Source: Geosiphon pyriformis uo1 (lineage: Eukaryota; Fungi; Glomeromycota). From it: a stretch of DNA of 64,000 nt. The notes beneath the pieces were generated by a model, which did no database searches, was not told where the DNA came from, and was given only the letters and a program-made list of their open reading frames with translations. A program made the translations under genes and the position numbers. Of this stretch, positions 42,482 to 56,759 are shown in pieces. Each line of letters opens with the position of its first letter. Position 1 is the stretch's first letter. The stretch is from assembly GCA_016748015.1 (NCBI GenBank), contig JAAOMT010000201.1:380224-444223 (forward strand). Direction: 5' to 3'.

Positions 42482-44428
42482 CAATTTCAAGAAAAGATTC
42501 ATTTATTAAAATTCAAAATGAAAATAGAAAATTAACTTTTTTCCCTCGCTTCAAATGAACGTGGGAAAAGGCTATAAAGCGTCATTTGTGAAACCAATCG
42601 ATGATATTCTACTGGGGATGGTGTGCTTAACTTATTCTTCACATCATCCTCAGGCTTATTAGCCTCATTTAGCCACTACATTAATAAATCATTCCTATCC
42701 TGAAAATAGGAAAGAATGGTATAAAGAAAGTAGTGGCTTTTATACCTATTTTATAGGTTTAGGGTGGCTAAAACTAAATAAAGAGGAGGCTTTAAAAATA
42801 ACGAAATAATGTGAAAATTTCAATTTCATTTGTGCCCCAAAAATTCATATTAATGAAAAAATTTTTGTCATATTCTTGATAAATGAAAATTTAAAAAAAA
42901 ATTTAAAAGAAATCCCATGTTGTGAGTATAAAACAAATATATCAAAAAAAATAAAATCATTATAGTTTTGGCAGAAAATAATATGCTAAACAACCAAAAG
43001 TTTACAAAATACTCAAAATTTCAATAAACCAAATTTTATTTAATAAACATTTTTTTACTGGATCTCAAAATTACGAAAATTAATTATTTTTTTCCAATCT
43101 TTTTCATGATAAAGCCAATAATCTATGATAAAAATTTAAATTATAAGTGCTTTATAAATAAATTTAAAAAATTTGATAATTTTTTCATTTGAAAACATAT
43201 CAAAAATATCAAAAATAATTTTTAAATAGAATTATAAACACAATAAATATATATATAATCTTATAACACATTTGTAACAATATTTTTTCAAAAATCATAA
43301 TAAATTATTTTATTGAGAATATAAGAAATTTAAAATCATACTTAAAAATAATTTATTTATTATTTTATTCTTTTTTGTTTACAAATCAAAAAAAAAAAAA
43401 TCAACAATTTAACAAATAGTGATAATGATAATGATAGTGTATTTTATATTTATTTAAATCTGGAATTCAAATGATTTTTATTCAAAATAAAAAAAAAATC
43501 AATTGAATTTTTATTATATACAAATACCAAATATGAACTTTTGAAAAATTTGAAAACATTTATTTGTTCAAACATATTAAACTAATTATAAAATTACAAA
43601 AGTTTGAGATTAAAAAAAAAATTACAAAATTATTATAGCAAAAGATGATAACTCATTAAATTTTTAAAATTTTTAATATCAAATATTGAAATATTTTTTT
43701 AATTCAAATATTTTCAAACAATTTGGATTAAAATTTTTTTAATTTATTTATTTTTTATAATATATATTTTTACATTTAACAATCTGATTATATTAACATT
43801 TTAAAAATTTATATAAATTAAAATATTTTTTTTAAAATTAAAAATTTACAAATAATATTTAATATTTGATCCTCTTTATATAATTTAAATTTCACTTTTC
43901 TTATAAAAGAATTTGTATATATAAAAACGCCTTAAAATTATTTGCTTTACAAAACATCAAAAAACTTCATAAAATAATAATTAATAGAATGAAAATATTT
44001 TCTCAAAGAATATAAATAAAATAAAATTTATATTTTCAAAATATTTTAACTATTAATGATTCAAAGAAAATATTTGACCAAAATTAAAAACACTTATACT
44101 TTTAAATCTTACTTGGTTGTTTTGATAATTTTTTTATCAATTCTTTAAGACTAATATAATTAGCCTTTAAAGATTAAAATTATAGAAAAATATTATAATT
44201 TTTAAATTTAAAAAAACTACAAATAAATCTTCAATTAAAATTTTGTTTAAAACTTAACAAAAACTAATTTTTAAAATATGTTTGATGATAAAATTTTTTT
44301 TTAGATTTTTGATTAATGTTTACTTTTAAAAGTATTAACAAATTATCAAAATATATACTTTTCTGAAATTGACAAACCAACTTTGAAATTTTTTTTAAAA
44401 AATTATCACGTCTAAAGTCTTAAAAAAT

Positions 44429-44463
<35 letters not shown>

Positions 44464-44763
44464 AAAAATTCATTTTTAAAATAAAATTTTTTTTATATAG
44501 TTTACAAAATAATTGGTAAGGTTTCATTACAAAAAATAATTCTTGTTTTTATACTTAATTTATAAAATTCAAAAATATCTTTTACAAATATAAAAGTTTT
44601 TTTTGAACTTGAAATTTTTGAAATTTCAATATATATATAGATATTCATCAAAAATCTAAAACCATAATTAAAATATATGAATAAAAATTTTGAAAATTTT
44701 CAATCTCGAAATAAGTTCTCTTTAAAAATCATCAAAAGTTTAAATCGATTCAAAAAATTTAAT

Positions 44764-45204
44764 AGATAAAATAATTTCAATACTAAGCAGAAAAAATTTT
44801 AATTATACATGTCTGATTTTCACACTTTTAAAAAAAAAGAAAATACAAAATAATTAATTTTTTTTAGAGAAAAACTTTTTTGAAAAGATAAAATAATTTC
44901 AATACTAAGCAGAAAAAATTTTAATTATACATGTCTGATTTTCACACTTTTAAAAAAAAAGAAAATACAAAATAATTAATTTTTTTTAGAGAAAAACTTT
45001 TTTGAAAAGATAAAATAATTTCAATACTAAGCAGAAAAAATTTTAATTATACATGTCTGATTTTCACACTTTTAAAAAAAAAGAAAATACAAAATAATTA
45101 ATTTTTTTTAGAGAAAAACTTTTTTGAAAAGATAAAATAATTTCAATACTAAGCAGAAAAAATTTTAATTATACATTTCTGATTTTCACACTTTCAAAAA
45201 AAAA
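44764..45204. repeat. 122-bp tandem repeat, about 3.6 near-identical copies
   Basis: Unit starting AGATAAAATAATTTCAATACTAAGCAG recurs at 44764, 44886, 45008 and 45130. Confidence 0.95.
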
Positions 45205-46999
45205 TATAAATGAATTTTTATCAAAATTTCTTAATGCTATCAACAAATGATATAAAAATTTGAAATATTCATTGAAATATTTTAAGAAAAACTCAAATTT
45301 AACGCTTAATAAAGCAGATAATTTATATTTACAACCTTTTTTTTACAATTTTATTAGTTAATATTTATGATTAAATAATAAAATTATAACGGTATTTTTA
45401 TTATTCAATATTATAATTAAATTCTTGAGAAATTGCTATTATAATCTGCAAGAATTCAAAAATTTAATAATAATACATTGAGTAAATTATATACACATTA
45501 AAAAAATTATTTAAATTAAAATTTATCAAAAAATTACAATCAATTCTTATAAATATGACATTAAATAATATGATAATTATAATAATATAAAAAAATTGCT
45601 TTAATCTAAATAATAACATACAACCAAAAATTTTAAATAATTTACCATGATACATATGTAATTTATTTTTCTTTGCTGACGGTGTAGCCCAATCATAGAC
45701 CATACATTAGACTCGGATCGCGCAAAAACCATTTGATATCTTATTTTATTCTGTTTTTTAATTTTTGTCATTATCTTCAATATAAATTTTTTATATTAAA
45801 GTATTTGATACTACTGTATATTTTATTAATATTTTTACGTTATTTAAAAATATTAATAATTTCAAAAAAATAATTTGTGAATTTTCAAAAAATTTAAAAT
45901 TCCCTAACAAAATTGAAAAAATAAATTAGAAAAATTATAATTTAAACAAAAAAATTATAGGCATAATCTTTTAAAATATATATGTTGCCATTTTATTCTA
46001 TTCAAAAAACATGTTCTATTGTTACAAAAATATTAACAAAAGAACTTGAATAACAAATGCTTTATTTGAATTAAATATAAGATATTCAAATATATATAAC
46101 ATTTTTTTAATAATTTATTTAAACGCATAAAAAATGTACATATGTTACAGATGTTATATACAATATTATTAATACTTGTGATACAGTTATATTCAATACA
46201 ATTTTAAATTGCTAAAAAAACAATTTATTATAAATTTTAATAATATGACCACTGATATCGATTTTATTAACATTAACATGTAAAATAAAAAATTACAATT
46301 AATTATAAAATTAATTATTTTTAAATATTTGAAAAGTAAATTGTAAAAAAAGATTTTTACTAGTTTTAGAAATATTTATTATAATTGAAAACAGAAAATT
46401 GGTAATTTTAAAAAAAAGTATATATTTAGTATTAGCCAAAAATTGCATTTTTCAAGTTTAAGTTATTGAATCTTATTTTTTTATCATTATGGAATTGCAA
46501 ATCATTATTCAAAATTTTTTATTTTTCTAATAATTTAAAAATCATAACCAACAATTAATGATACCTTTTCAAAAGGAGAGATTTTGATTGACTTGGGTCA
46601 AGATATGATAATACTAATTTAGAATCTATAGAATCAGATATTAGCGTAAGAACTAAGAAAGATGAATTTAACAAAAAAGCAACTGTCTTATTTGAATTAA
46701 TATTTTTATTACTAGTAAGTGGCAAACAAAATATAACATTTTTAAAAAAATCTCAAATTATTATCAAACAAAAACCAAGATCATTATCTCTCGAATCTTA
46801 CCACGGAGATGCAATCTTTTCATGTTTTGAAAAACATCCAGTTTTGTGATATCTTAAATGAAGTTGATTCACGATCTTATTTTCCTGATGAAAATGCATT
46901 CAAAAATTAAGCACATAAATCATACCCAATATTAATTAGCCAATCACATAATTAGCACGGTAATTAATTAAAATAGCATAGAGCTACGTAATAGTTTCT

Positions 47000-49900
47000 A
47001 GCTCTAAAAAAACAATATTTAATAATTTAATATCTTCTACTTAATATTTGATATCTTAAAATTAAATATCTTTCTTTTCATATCTATTTTACAAACACAA
47101 TATTTGAATAAAAATTTTATTTATAAAATTCAAAATATTTTTTTATACTAAAAACATATTTTTATTACTTTGTTTAATTTTAATAAAACTTATTATTAAA
47201 CTATTATATTATTTACTATTTTTAATAAAAAACACAAGATTAATTTTAAAGAGCAAAAAAATGTAAATTTTAAAATATTTTTTTAAAAAATATTCATACA
47301 ATAAACAAGTAAATAATATTTAAATTTTGGTACAATTCTCACTATTTTTACTTAAAAAATTATTTTTAACAACAAAAAACAATTTGCAAAACTTTTTTTT
47401 AGCCAAAACATTAAAGAAAAAACCTGAAAAATGTTTAGAAAGACCAATAAACTATTTTTATAATAATATAAGAAATTTATTAATAGAAATAAAATAATAA
47501 ATATAACAAATAATATTAATTTAATAATAAAATTTTTTAAGATTTTATATATTTAATGTTTAATTTAAACGATTTAACTTGAAATTAATAATAATTTGCA
47601 AAAAACAATAAATTTAATTAATTACACAAAAGTTTAAAGGTATTTATTATTAAAAAAACAAATATAAAAAAAACAAATATTAAGAAAAATTAAGTTTAAG
47701 AATTTATTAATTAAAAATAAAAATATTTTTATTATTATATTTTGTTGAAATTGAACTCAAAACTTATTTTAATGCTTAAAATAGCAAAATGTAATAATTT
47801 TAATATTTTTTAAAAAATAAAGTTTTTTAATTTTAATTTAATTAAATTTTAATACAAAAACAAAACTTTAAATTTTATTCTTTAAATTATATATTTTAAA
47901 AAATTAATTATAATAATAGTAATTATATTAAATAAAAAATACTGCAAAAAAAAATTAATCAATAATTTTGGTCAATAATTTTGACTATAAATATATGTAA
48001 AATTTTTTTTTGACCAGAATTATTAATATATTCAAAGTTTAAATTAACCAAAAATGCCTATTTTATTTATGTTATTTATTAATAATATATATATATATAT
48101 AAAATACAATTATTTTAATATAAATTTAAAATAAAAATAAAAATATGAAAACTACAAGAACAAATAAATATATATAATTAATATTTATTAATAAAACATT
48201 ATTTATTTATTTTTCTAATAAAATTCATTAATAAAACAAATTTATTTAATAATATTAAATTTATTTTTTTAATAATTTGATTTTATAATAAATTTATTGT
48301 TTTTGTAAATATAAATTATTTTATAAAAATAAAAATGAACTTTTTTTTTAAATTTTATAATAACCAAAACAAAAAATAAAATAAAAATAATTATTATTAT
48401 TATTTTAAAAAAATTACTCAAAAAACTTTTTAATAATAAAAACAGTTAAATAAATATTGTAAAAACATTTTTCTTTTTTGACTAAATGTTTTTTTAAATA
48501 ATACATAAAAATTAATTTTAATAATAAAATAATATGTTAATAGATAACAAATAAACAGATATTGTAAAATAATAAAATAATCAAAAAAATTTAACAAAGA
48601 ATATATATAAATTTAATTTGTAAAATTATTTTTATAAAAATTTTGATTATTAATTTTTTAAAGATAATCTAATTATAAAATCAATATTTTTTTTTAAAGC
48701 TGTAAAAAGTTTTATTTATATATTTTTTAAAAATATTAATTGATCAATTAATATTTAAGTTAATAATTATATTGTTATAGTTAATTTGTAATTTTATTAA
48801 TAATTTTTTTTAATAATATATATATAAAAAATTATTTATATTTAAAATAATTTATTTAAACAAGATTAATATATTTTTTGTTTATTATTTTTTCTTTTTT
48901 TTCTTTATTTGTATATTATTAATTTTTATAAAGTACAGTAAATAAATGTTTACCAAAAAATACAAATAATATTTGTTATTAAATTATAAAACATTAACAT
49001 AAAATATATAATTATAACAGCTGTATTATTTTTTATTAATAATATAAACTATTTTTTTATTTTTAAATTTCTTTGTTATTTTTCGAAAAAAATAACAACT
49101 AAAATATTTATAAAACTGATTTCATAAATTGAATTCTTATAAATTTAATTTGCTTATTTAGTTGAATTTATTTTTTATTATATAATATTTGTTTTTTTTT
49201 GCTATTTATTAATATATTACTTTAAATTATAATAATATTAAAATTAAATCATAATAAACAGCCAAAAACCAATTTTTTTCTTAATATTATTAAAAAAAAC
49301 CTTTTTATTTAACATTTTTAAAACATTAGTTTAGTACTTTTTAAGAATAATAAATCTTTTATTATTGTTTTAAAGTTGTTTTTTTTTAAAAAAAAAACAG
49401 AATAATAATTATAAAAACAAATCTTTTTTTGTTTTAATATGTATTCATATTTAATTATACTATAAAAACTAAATTAATTTTTTTTTAAAAACACTTTTAA
49501 CTTTAATAATATTTAAATAATTATTATTAATTGCCAAAGTTTTTAAAAAAATTTTATTTTAATACTTAATAATTTTTCTAAATCCAATTGGCTTATGTTA
49601 AGACTAAATTATAATATTATATAATTTTATTATAATTAAATTGATTATTAAAAACAATATTAGTTTTTTGATAAAGTTTACATTTATTATGTTTAAAATT
49701 ACAAAATTTGTTATATTTTTGGTTTTGTTTTTGGTTTTATTGTTGTTGTATTTTTTTAATATATATTTTAATATTATTAAAAATAGTTTTAAAGTATTTA
49801 GTAAAATTGTTTTTATTAAGTTAAAGCTTGTAAATTTATAATAATACGCAGCTGTTTATTTTAGAAATATTGAATAATTAATTTTATTTTTGTTTATTAA

Positions 49901-51300
49901 TTGGTTTGCTAAAAAAACAGTATTGAAATTTTTTTAATTATATAATTTATAAATATTAATATAATTATTTAAGTATATAATTAAACATATATTGTTTTTT
50001 AAGATAAATTGTTATTAAAAAATGCAGTAATTATTTTAAATTTCAAAAAACTTTTAATTATTTATTATTAAAACTAATATCTTAAAAAATAATTATATTA
50101 ATAAGAAATTTCTAATTATTAGCATTATTAAAAGTATTAAATTTTAAAATTATTTGGTTTTGTTTTATATAATTTTTTTCGTTTATTAAAAATACGTTTA
50201 AGATTTTTAAATTGTTTAAAGTTGTTATAAACTGTTTTTATAAATTTTGTTTTTTATATTAAAGTTATTATTTAATTTGTTATATTTTATTTTACAATAA
50301 ATAATAGAATTTTTAAATTAAATTTATTAAAGTTTTAAATATAAAAATTAATTTGTTTAATAAATTAAATAGTAAAACTTTTTGGTTTTTAATAGTATAA
50401 GTTATTTGCTATTAGTTTTTAAAAACAAATTTGTTTTAAATATAAATATTTGGTTTTTTTTTAAAATTCAAATTAAACATACTGTTAAACTAATTACTGG
50501 TTTGTTTAAAAGTTTTAATTAAGTTAAAAAAAAGTATAATATATATTGTTTAAATAATAATAAGATAAATAATAAAAAATAATTTTTTGTAAATAAAAAA
50601 CTTTTAATAACTTAAGAGTTTTATAATATTTATAAGTTTTTAAAATTTATTTAATAAAAAAACTACCAAAATTTAGATATGTAAGCTTATCTAAGATTGC
50701 ACATATTTAAATTTTTGTATAAGTAAAGTAGATATAAAAAATTTATTTTTATTGTTTATAAAGGAGTTTCAATTAGTTTAAATAATTAGTTATGTATTAT
50801 TATTGTGTAATCTATATTTAATATATTGTTATAATTCAATTTCTATTTTATTTGACATTAAAATTATTTTATTTATAATTAATTGTAATATTATATATTC
50901 AACCACTTTATTGCTAAAATTAGTTATTGGCTTGATTATTGATCTGATTAATAACTTAATTATTGATTTAATTATAAATTTAACTATTAACTAAACTGTT
51001 AATTTAATCATTAATTTGGTTAATTGTCCATTTTAGAAAATATATAAACAAGATTTTTTTTAACTGTAGAAAAATATTTAGCAAACTAAAAAAGGTTATT
51101 AATTATAATGACTTAATTTCTTTTTATATATATATTTTATTTTATTCTAAATATATTAGGATAAAAAATCCAATTTCTTTTTCTTTTTTTGATTTGCATC
51201 ATTGTTATCTTTTGTAAAGTATATTTAATACCTGTTATTAAATTCTAATAGCACCAATTAACACATAGAATTATAGTAGCTGTAAAAATAAAATTTTGGC
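47000..51300. repeat. Extremely AT-rich block, probable decayed transposon DNA
   Basis: Very low GC; fossil codon periodicity at 50920-51018 on the - strand. Boundaries approximate. Confidence 0.5.
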
Positions 51301-51527
51301 TATTTTTAAGGTCATTTTAATTAAGATTACTGAATATAAATTTTATTGTTGGCTCAAGAACTTGAATATTTGTTCTATTTTGGATGATTTGACCAATGGC
51401 AGTTTTTTGGTGTACTTAAGGGAATTAATATTTTTGGAAATTGTCTAAACTGAAACAATAAAATTGCACCAAAGATATTCAAGCTGAAATATTTTATTGC
51501 CAAATATAATTCCGTCATCGCTTGATC

Positions 51528-53925
51528 ATGATCAAATTATCAGCGTGGAAAGTTTCCTGCATTCTTTTCATCTTCCTAAGCATTCCTAACATTGAGTTTT
51601 TTCCTTCTTGGAAAAGCCAATCATACTCTACTATATACAAAGACGAGTCGTTAGACTCATGGCCAATTAGAACATATCCCTATTCTGATGGCACTGTAGT
51701 AGTATTAAATGATGCTGACTATATGGAACTGGTTTTGCATGTAATGTTGGAGATGAAAAAATATCTTTCTTAAGAAGTGGTGCCGTCGTTGATATCACAT
51801 CATCAGTATTTGTTTATCAAATCAAAAACCCATTACCTTTTAGAGGGCTTTTTGTCGTGTCAGAAATGCCTCCAAATGGTCCTCCTGTGGCTATATACGA
51901 CGAAAAAGGACTTTATAAGCAAAATTGGTCCTTCCTTGTAGGAAATGAAAAGCTCGACTATTTTATTCACACTGTGCTACCCAATAATACGTTTTGGGGA
52001 CTATATAAAGCAGGAAATGAAACAGATATGTTTGTTTATCGTGCCGAACTTCCCAAAATATTCCCAGGTAATAGTTTTTGAAAAGTTCATTTGCTTGCTT
52101 CATCCTGTTTAATTTTGTTTTCAAAATTGGTATTTTTAGACAATCGTTATAACAACCCTATGGTTGTATCTACTTCACCAATGCATGGAGCAAAAACTTA
52201 ATCATACCTTAATATCATATCTATCACCTTTGCACAAAACATCAGCTTATAAACCCAAATATTTCAATATATCAATCGATTGGAGAGATTTCTTTGTTGC
52301 CGCAAACTTTTTCAGGGCTTTCACAGTTTTTTTCAATTAGAAATGATGGGAAAACGGCGCGTGTTCTTGGTAGTACTTTTAATCAAGCTCTCGGGAAATG
52401 TTACATAAAAGTTTTTCAAGGCTCGGCTCTTAAACGAGCCACTCATTGGTATATCAAAAAACTTTTGGCAACTTCCAAACGGTAAGAACTAAAAGATTTG
52501 TGAGATTAAACAAGATTCGCTTATACAAGCTTTTTATTTTTTAGATAGACAAGATAATGAAGTGTTTGTCGGTAGGAAAAAATCATTTGACCCTCTATAA
52601 CACAATGTTTAAATTCGATCTTTAATTAGAATTTGTCATAATTTAACCATTCAGCTTCCTATGATGGCCTTTTACGGCTGACCCCGGAGGGAACATCCTA
52701 CTTTATAAAACTTGACACTTCAGAAAAAAGAATTTTTGAATGCCCTCCGAGTCGAATTATAACAAACGATCCCTGTTGACATGACTAAAATACTGAGCTC
52801 TAATCAGTATCATTTGGATTCTTCAACTCATGTACCACAACTACTGTTTCCGTTGAAAATCTTGTCAACCAATAACGAGTCAGAACGCAGTGCAATAAGG
52901 GTGGCGAATGATTTGAGCACTCTTATCCAAAATAAATTCATTCCTCAGATTTAGCCTAAATCCCCATTCCTCTTATTTGGACAGTGAATATGGATACCGG
53001 CATACGCGTAAGTTTCTTCTAATATCTTGAACTCAATTTGTCGTCAACTAACAAGTGAGTTTGACTTTCCTAATTTGGACAGCGAATCTTTAGAAAACCT
53101 AAAGTCAAAAATCTTTTTATTCGCTGGATTTTTCGTTATATCAGCCTTAATCTATTTTTTGTCACGAAAGATGTATTCTAACGTAAGGATTCCATAAATC
53201 CGTTATGCCATTATTCACTTTTTTTTCTGCATTGGCTAAAATTTTCAATTTATTTAAAGGGAAAAAACTTCATAATATATACCTATAGCTTGCTTTTAAT
53301 TGACTTGGCATTGGATATTGTTTTTATTGTAAATAATGGAAAAGATATACCTTTCCTTTTTATTCCAAGGTACTGTAAAAGTTGATTTTTTCTTAAAGAT
53401 TATCTCACTTAATTTAATTGCTGCATATTATTTTTCTAGGGTTCTCGCACTTGCCTTTTCTTTGTTTTTCAATATTTTGGTGCTTACTGAGCTTCAAACT
53501 AACAAAACGTCCCACGAATGGTTTCTAAAATTCACAAAACTGGGTGCTATCCTCACACTGTTATAAGCTGCAAACATTGAAGTCTTAAATTTGTTGTCTT
53601 CAGAACTTGCTATTTTCTTTGCCACTTTCAGATTCAGGCCATAGGCTGATATTCTGGGTTTGTTGAACATTTGCATTGAAGATATCCCACAATTAATTAT
53701 CCAGGTACCAAAAAAATATATTGAGTAATTTTGTTGATTTCACGGAGACTTGCTAATATCTCATTTTTTGAATACTTGCAGGTTCTTTATTACAAATATA
53801 GTATTTCATACGATATTATCCCATTCCTCGCTCTCATAACAAGTGCTGTGAGTCTTTTAATTAACTTAATTGGCCGTGGATATTATATTGTCATTCAACA
53901 TAATGCAAAAAAAAACCTGAATTGA
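51528..53925 (+). pseudogene. Disrupted multi-exon gene for a signal-peptide, large-ectodomain, multi-TM protein (EDIPQ family typical of Glomeromycotina)
   Basis: Signal peptide, PIRTYPYSDGTVVV, LPNNT, then TM block LIDLALDIVFIVNNGKDIPFLFIP, WFLKFTKLGAILTLL*AANIEVLNLLSS, NICIEDIPQLIIQ, YDIIPFLALITSAVSLLINLIGR. Recognisable introns, but in-frame stops and frameshifts. Confidence 0.75.
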
Positions 53926-54299
53926 GACTTTATGGCAACATCGTTTAAAAGGCGAAAAATAGCTTTTTTTACAGATTACTTGCAATTTTGGTTAATAAAT
54001 ATCCTATCAATTAGAAAATTTCAGCAAGTTGAGATCTTCCAATTTATTCATTAAATATAATCAAAATAAGAGGCTTTCATTTTACAACAAAAGAATTTGA
54101 CACAATTTAAATGAAAAAGTAGAATTGTTATCTTTTGCGCATGTGTTTTTTTAATTCAGTCACATCTTTCTCTAGCTCATTTTTAATATTAACCTAAAAT
54201 TTTTTAAAATCTGGGAATTTTTAGTTGGGCAGATTCTGTTCAAGTTCTTTTTAGGCAACGTCATCTAAAACTTGATGAGATTTTGGGTACTGATTCCTT

Positions 54300-54710
54300 T
54301 TCCATGCCGTCAAGAATTTGGATATATTTATAACCTTGCGTGGGTTTCTGAAATGGTTGCTAGCCTAAAAAATAAGCAAGATTTTAGATAATTAAAGAAG
54401 ATATCAGTTCTAAAAACATGATGATTATCTAAAACTCGATCATTCGCATGCTCAACATTAGTAAAAACTAATTTTTTTTACCACAAAATAAATTTAATAA
54501 TTCAATCACGGAAAAACGTGGATTTATCAAATAATCAAACAGGTTTATCTATTTATGGAAAAAAGAACGGAGTTGAATTTATCGGAGAAAATTACAAAAA
54601 TCTTTTTAAGATTTGTTAAAGAGCGAGTTTTTCGTTTTAAAAAGATAAATCAAATCCAATGGGTTCATTGTTTTTCAGCAATCTAAAATGTGCTCCAAAA
54701 TTTAAATCTA
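54300..54710 (-). repeat. Diverged inverted copy of the segment at 62535-62857 plus 63357-63422 (decayed gene relic)
   Basis: Shared blocks, e.g. TTGTTTTTCAGCAATCTAAAATGTGCTC here versus GAGCACATTTTAGATTGCTGAAAAACAAT near 62550; TTATAACCTTGCG here versus CGCAAGGTTATAA near 63385. Confidence 0.85.
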
Positions 54711-56759
54711 TCTTTGGCAAAACAAAACAAAAATATCGATTTTGAAATTTAAGTTTCAACACAATTTGTTGCTGAAAGTAAAATATAGCGAATTTAATCC
54801 GCTAATAAATTGGGTGTAATCATGCCAAGAAAAATTTGTACAATGTTGAATTTATTTATCAAAAATTAATGATCGCCTCCCAGTAGCAAATTAATCAAAA
54901 ATTTAACGCGAATACAATTTTGATTGTTTACCTAAAAAGATAAAGAACAGGGCGGATTGGAACGCAAGGACTTTTATTAAAGCGTTTTGAAATACTTTGG
55001 TTTCCTATTAAATGTGCATATCAATTTTATTATATACTGTCTGTAAAACATTTGAGTACTTTTAAGTAAAATATCTCGATTTGTTAAAATCCAAGATTTC
55101 ATACAGTCTATTCATTTAACACTGGATAATGTTTAATGCGCAGGAAAACAAGAATAAAGCAAAAAATTAAAAATGAATAAATTTTCTGAATACATATATC
55201 ATTAATTTGGATTTGGGTTTTAATTTGGTATTAATTGATTAATTTCCCATTGGGGCTATAATATGTTTTTGGGGCGAATAAGAAGACTTGAATGCATGTT
55301 CTTAATATTTAACCTTTAATTTTTCTCTTAAACTTCCTAATTAATCATAAAACAATATTTGAATGAATATTTGGAATTCATATTGACTAGCATAAGAAAT
55401 TATGTCATATGCATGATTAAATACAAGCTGTAATGCTCCCCTTACAATCGATGCTGTTTTCCTATGGCCTAAAACTTTTTATTGTTTAATGCAAACGGGA
55501 AACGGTTTCAAAAGATTTTTTTCCTCTGGGGTTCCTGCTTATGCTTTGTTAATTTGTGGAAATTGTAAATTGTAAATTGTAACTTGTAACTTGTAACCAA
55601 CAGTCATACCTCCGCGATTTTCTTTGTCTGATTACGAATCAATTTTAATTAAAAAATTGAAACAGAAATTTATTATGCCTGCATTTCACTTATAGCCAAC
55701 ATGGGGGCCTGAATTTTTTCTTGAAATATAATATTTTCGTTAGTAATAGAGATTTTCGTTACTATTTTGCTTTTGATAAATTCAATCATGTTGAAACAAT
55801 TTTTAACTTTGAATATTGTTTTCATCGCTTCAAATTTGATTTTCAATTTGAAGTCTCGCTTTAAAGCCGAAATGTATGATCATGAATTGAAATATATTGA
55901 GATAGTTCGCTCATTATATCACGTACAATTTGACCATTCATATTGAGCAATTTGTCTATGAGGCAAAAAATTGCAGCCGCAAAAGAGATTTTCATTGATG
56001 AAAATTAAATTTGAAATGAAAAAGTAGTATATATTCTGCATGCAATATCTCTGAATTTCATATAGTAACAAAAATATGATACTCAAAGAATAATTTACGT
56101 TCAAAAAAACTGGTTATTCATCTTTATGATACGAATACAATCTTCGGCTTCTAGTTTCGTTCTATGAAACCTATAACATATTTAAAGTTTCAAAAGAAAT
56201 AAACTACATATGATATATTCTAAATTTTTAAAAGGTTAATTTCCTGAATTGGAAAACTAGATACTTAACAAATGAAAAAAAAGCAGATTATTCACATTTC
56301 GCCAAGATCGGATTGGGAAAATTGAAACAAAAAGGTATTTGTGAAATATCCGTGTGAAACTTTAGCTCATATTGAATTAGGTGTCTAAACAATCTATCAT
56401 GCATAAGGATTAATAAGTGTGCCGAAAAGATTACCACCTCGCAGCTGGAAAAAAAACGAGTGATCCAATTTCCGAAGTATTGAATGTAGTTTTATTGGGT
56501 TGCAAAGAACAAATGGACGCAATAAAAACACTATATATAATGGACCTTCCTTGAGTTTTCAAAAGGTTCCTTAGCATTTCTTTTGATAAGAAAAAAGTTC
56601 ATACAAGATAACTTCCCTTGGTTTCAAAGAGTTCCTAAGACAGAAGCTGCGCTTCATACCCATTTTGAATTCTCACAAATTTGCAAGCCAAATTTACCAA
56701 CCATTCTTTCATTTTTGAATCAATTTAATATCACTTTTCCTACAAAATCGAAAATCAAA

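Noticed and set aside
45676-45730. tRNA or SINE-like fragment (GGTGTAGCCCAAT)
   Set aside because: Only a weak A-box likeness; no B box or cloverleaf.
34736-50994. Short hydrophobic F/I/L/K/N-rich ORFs
   Set aside because: Expected by chance in AT-rich and microsatellite DNA; no motifs or splice structure.
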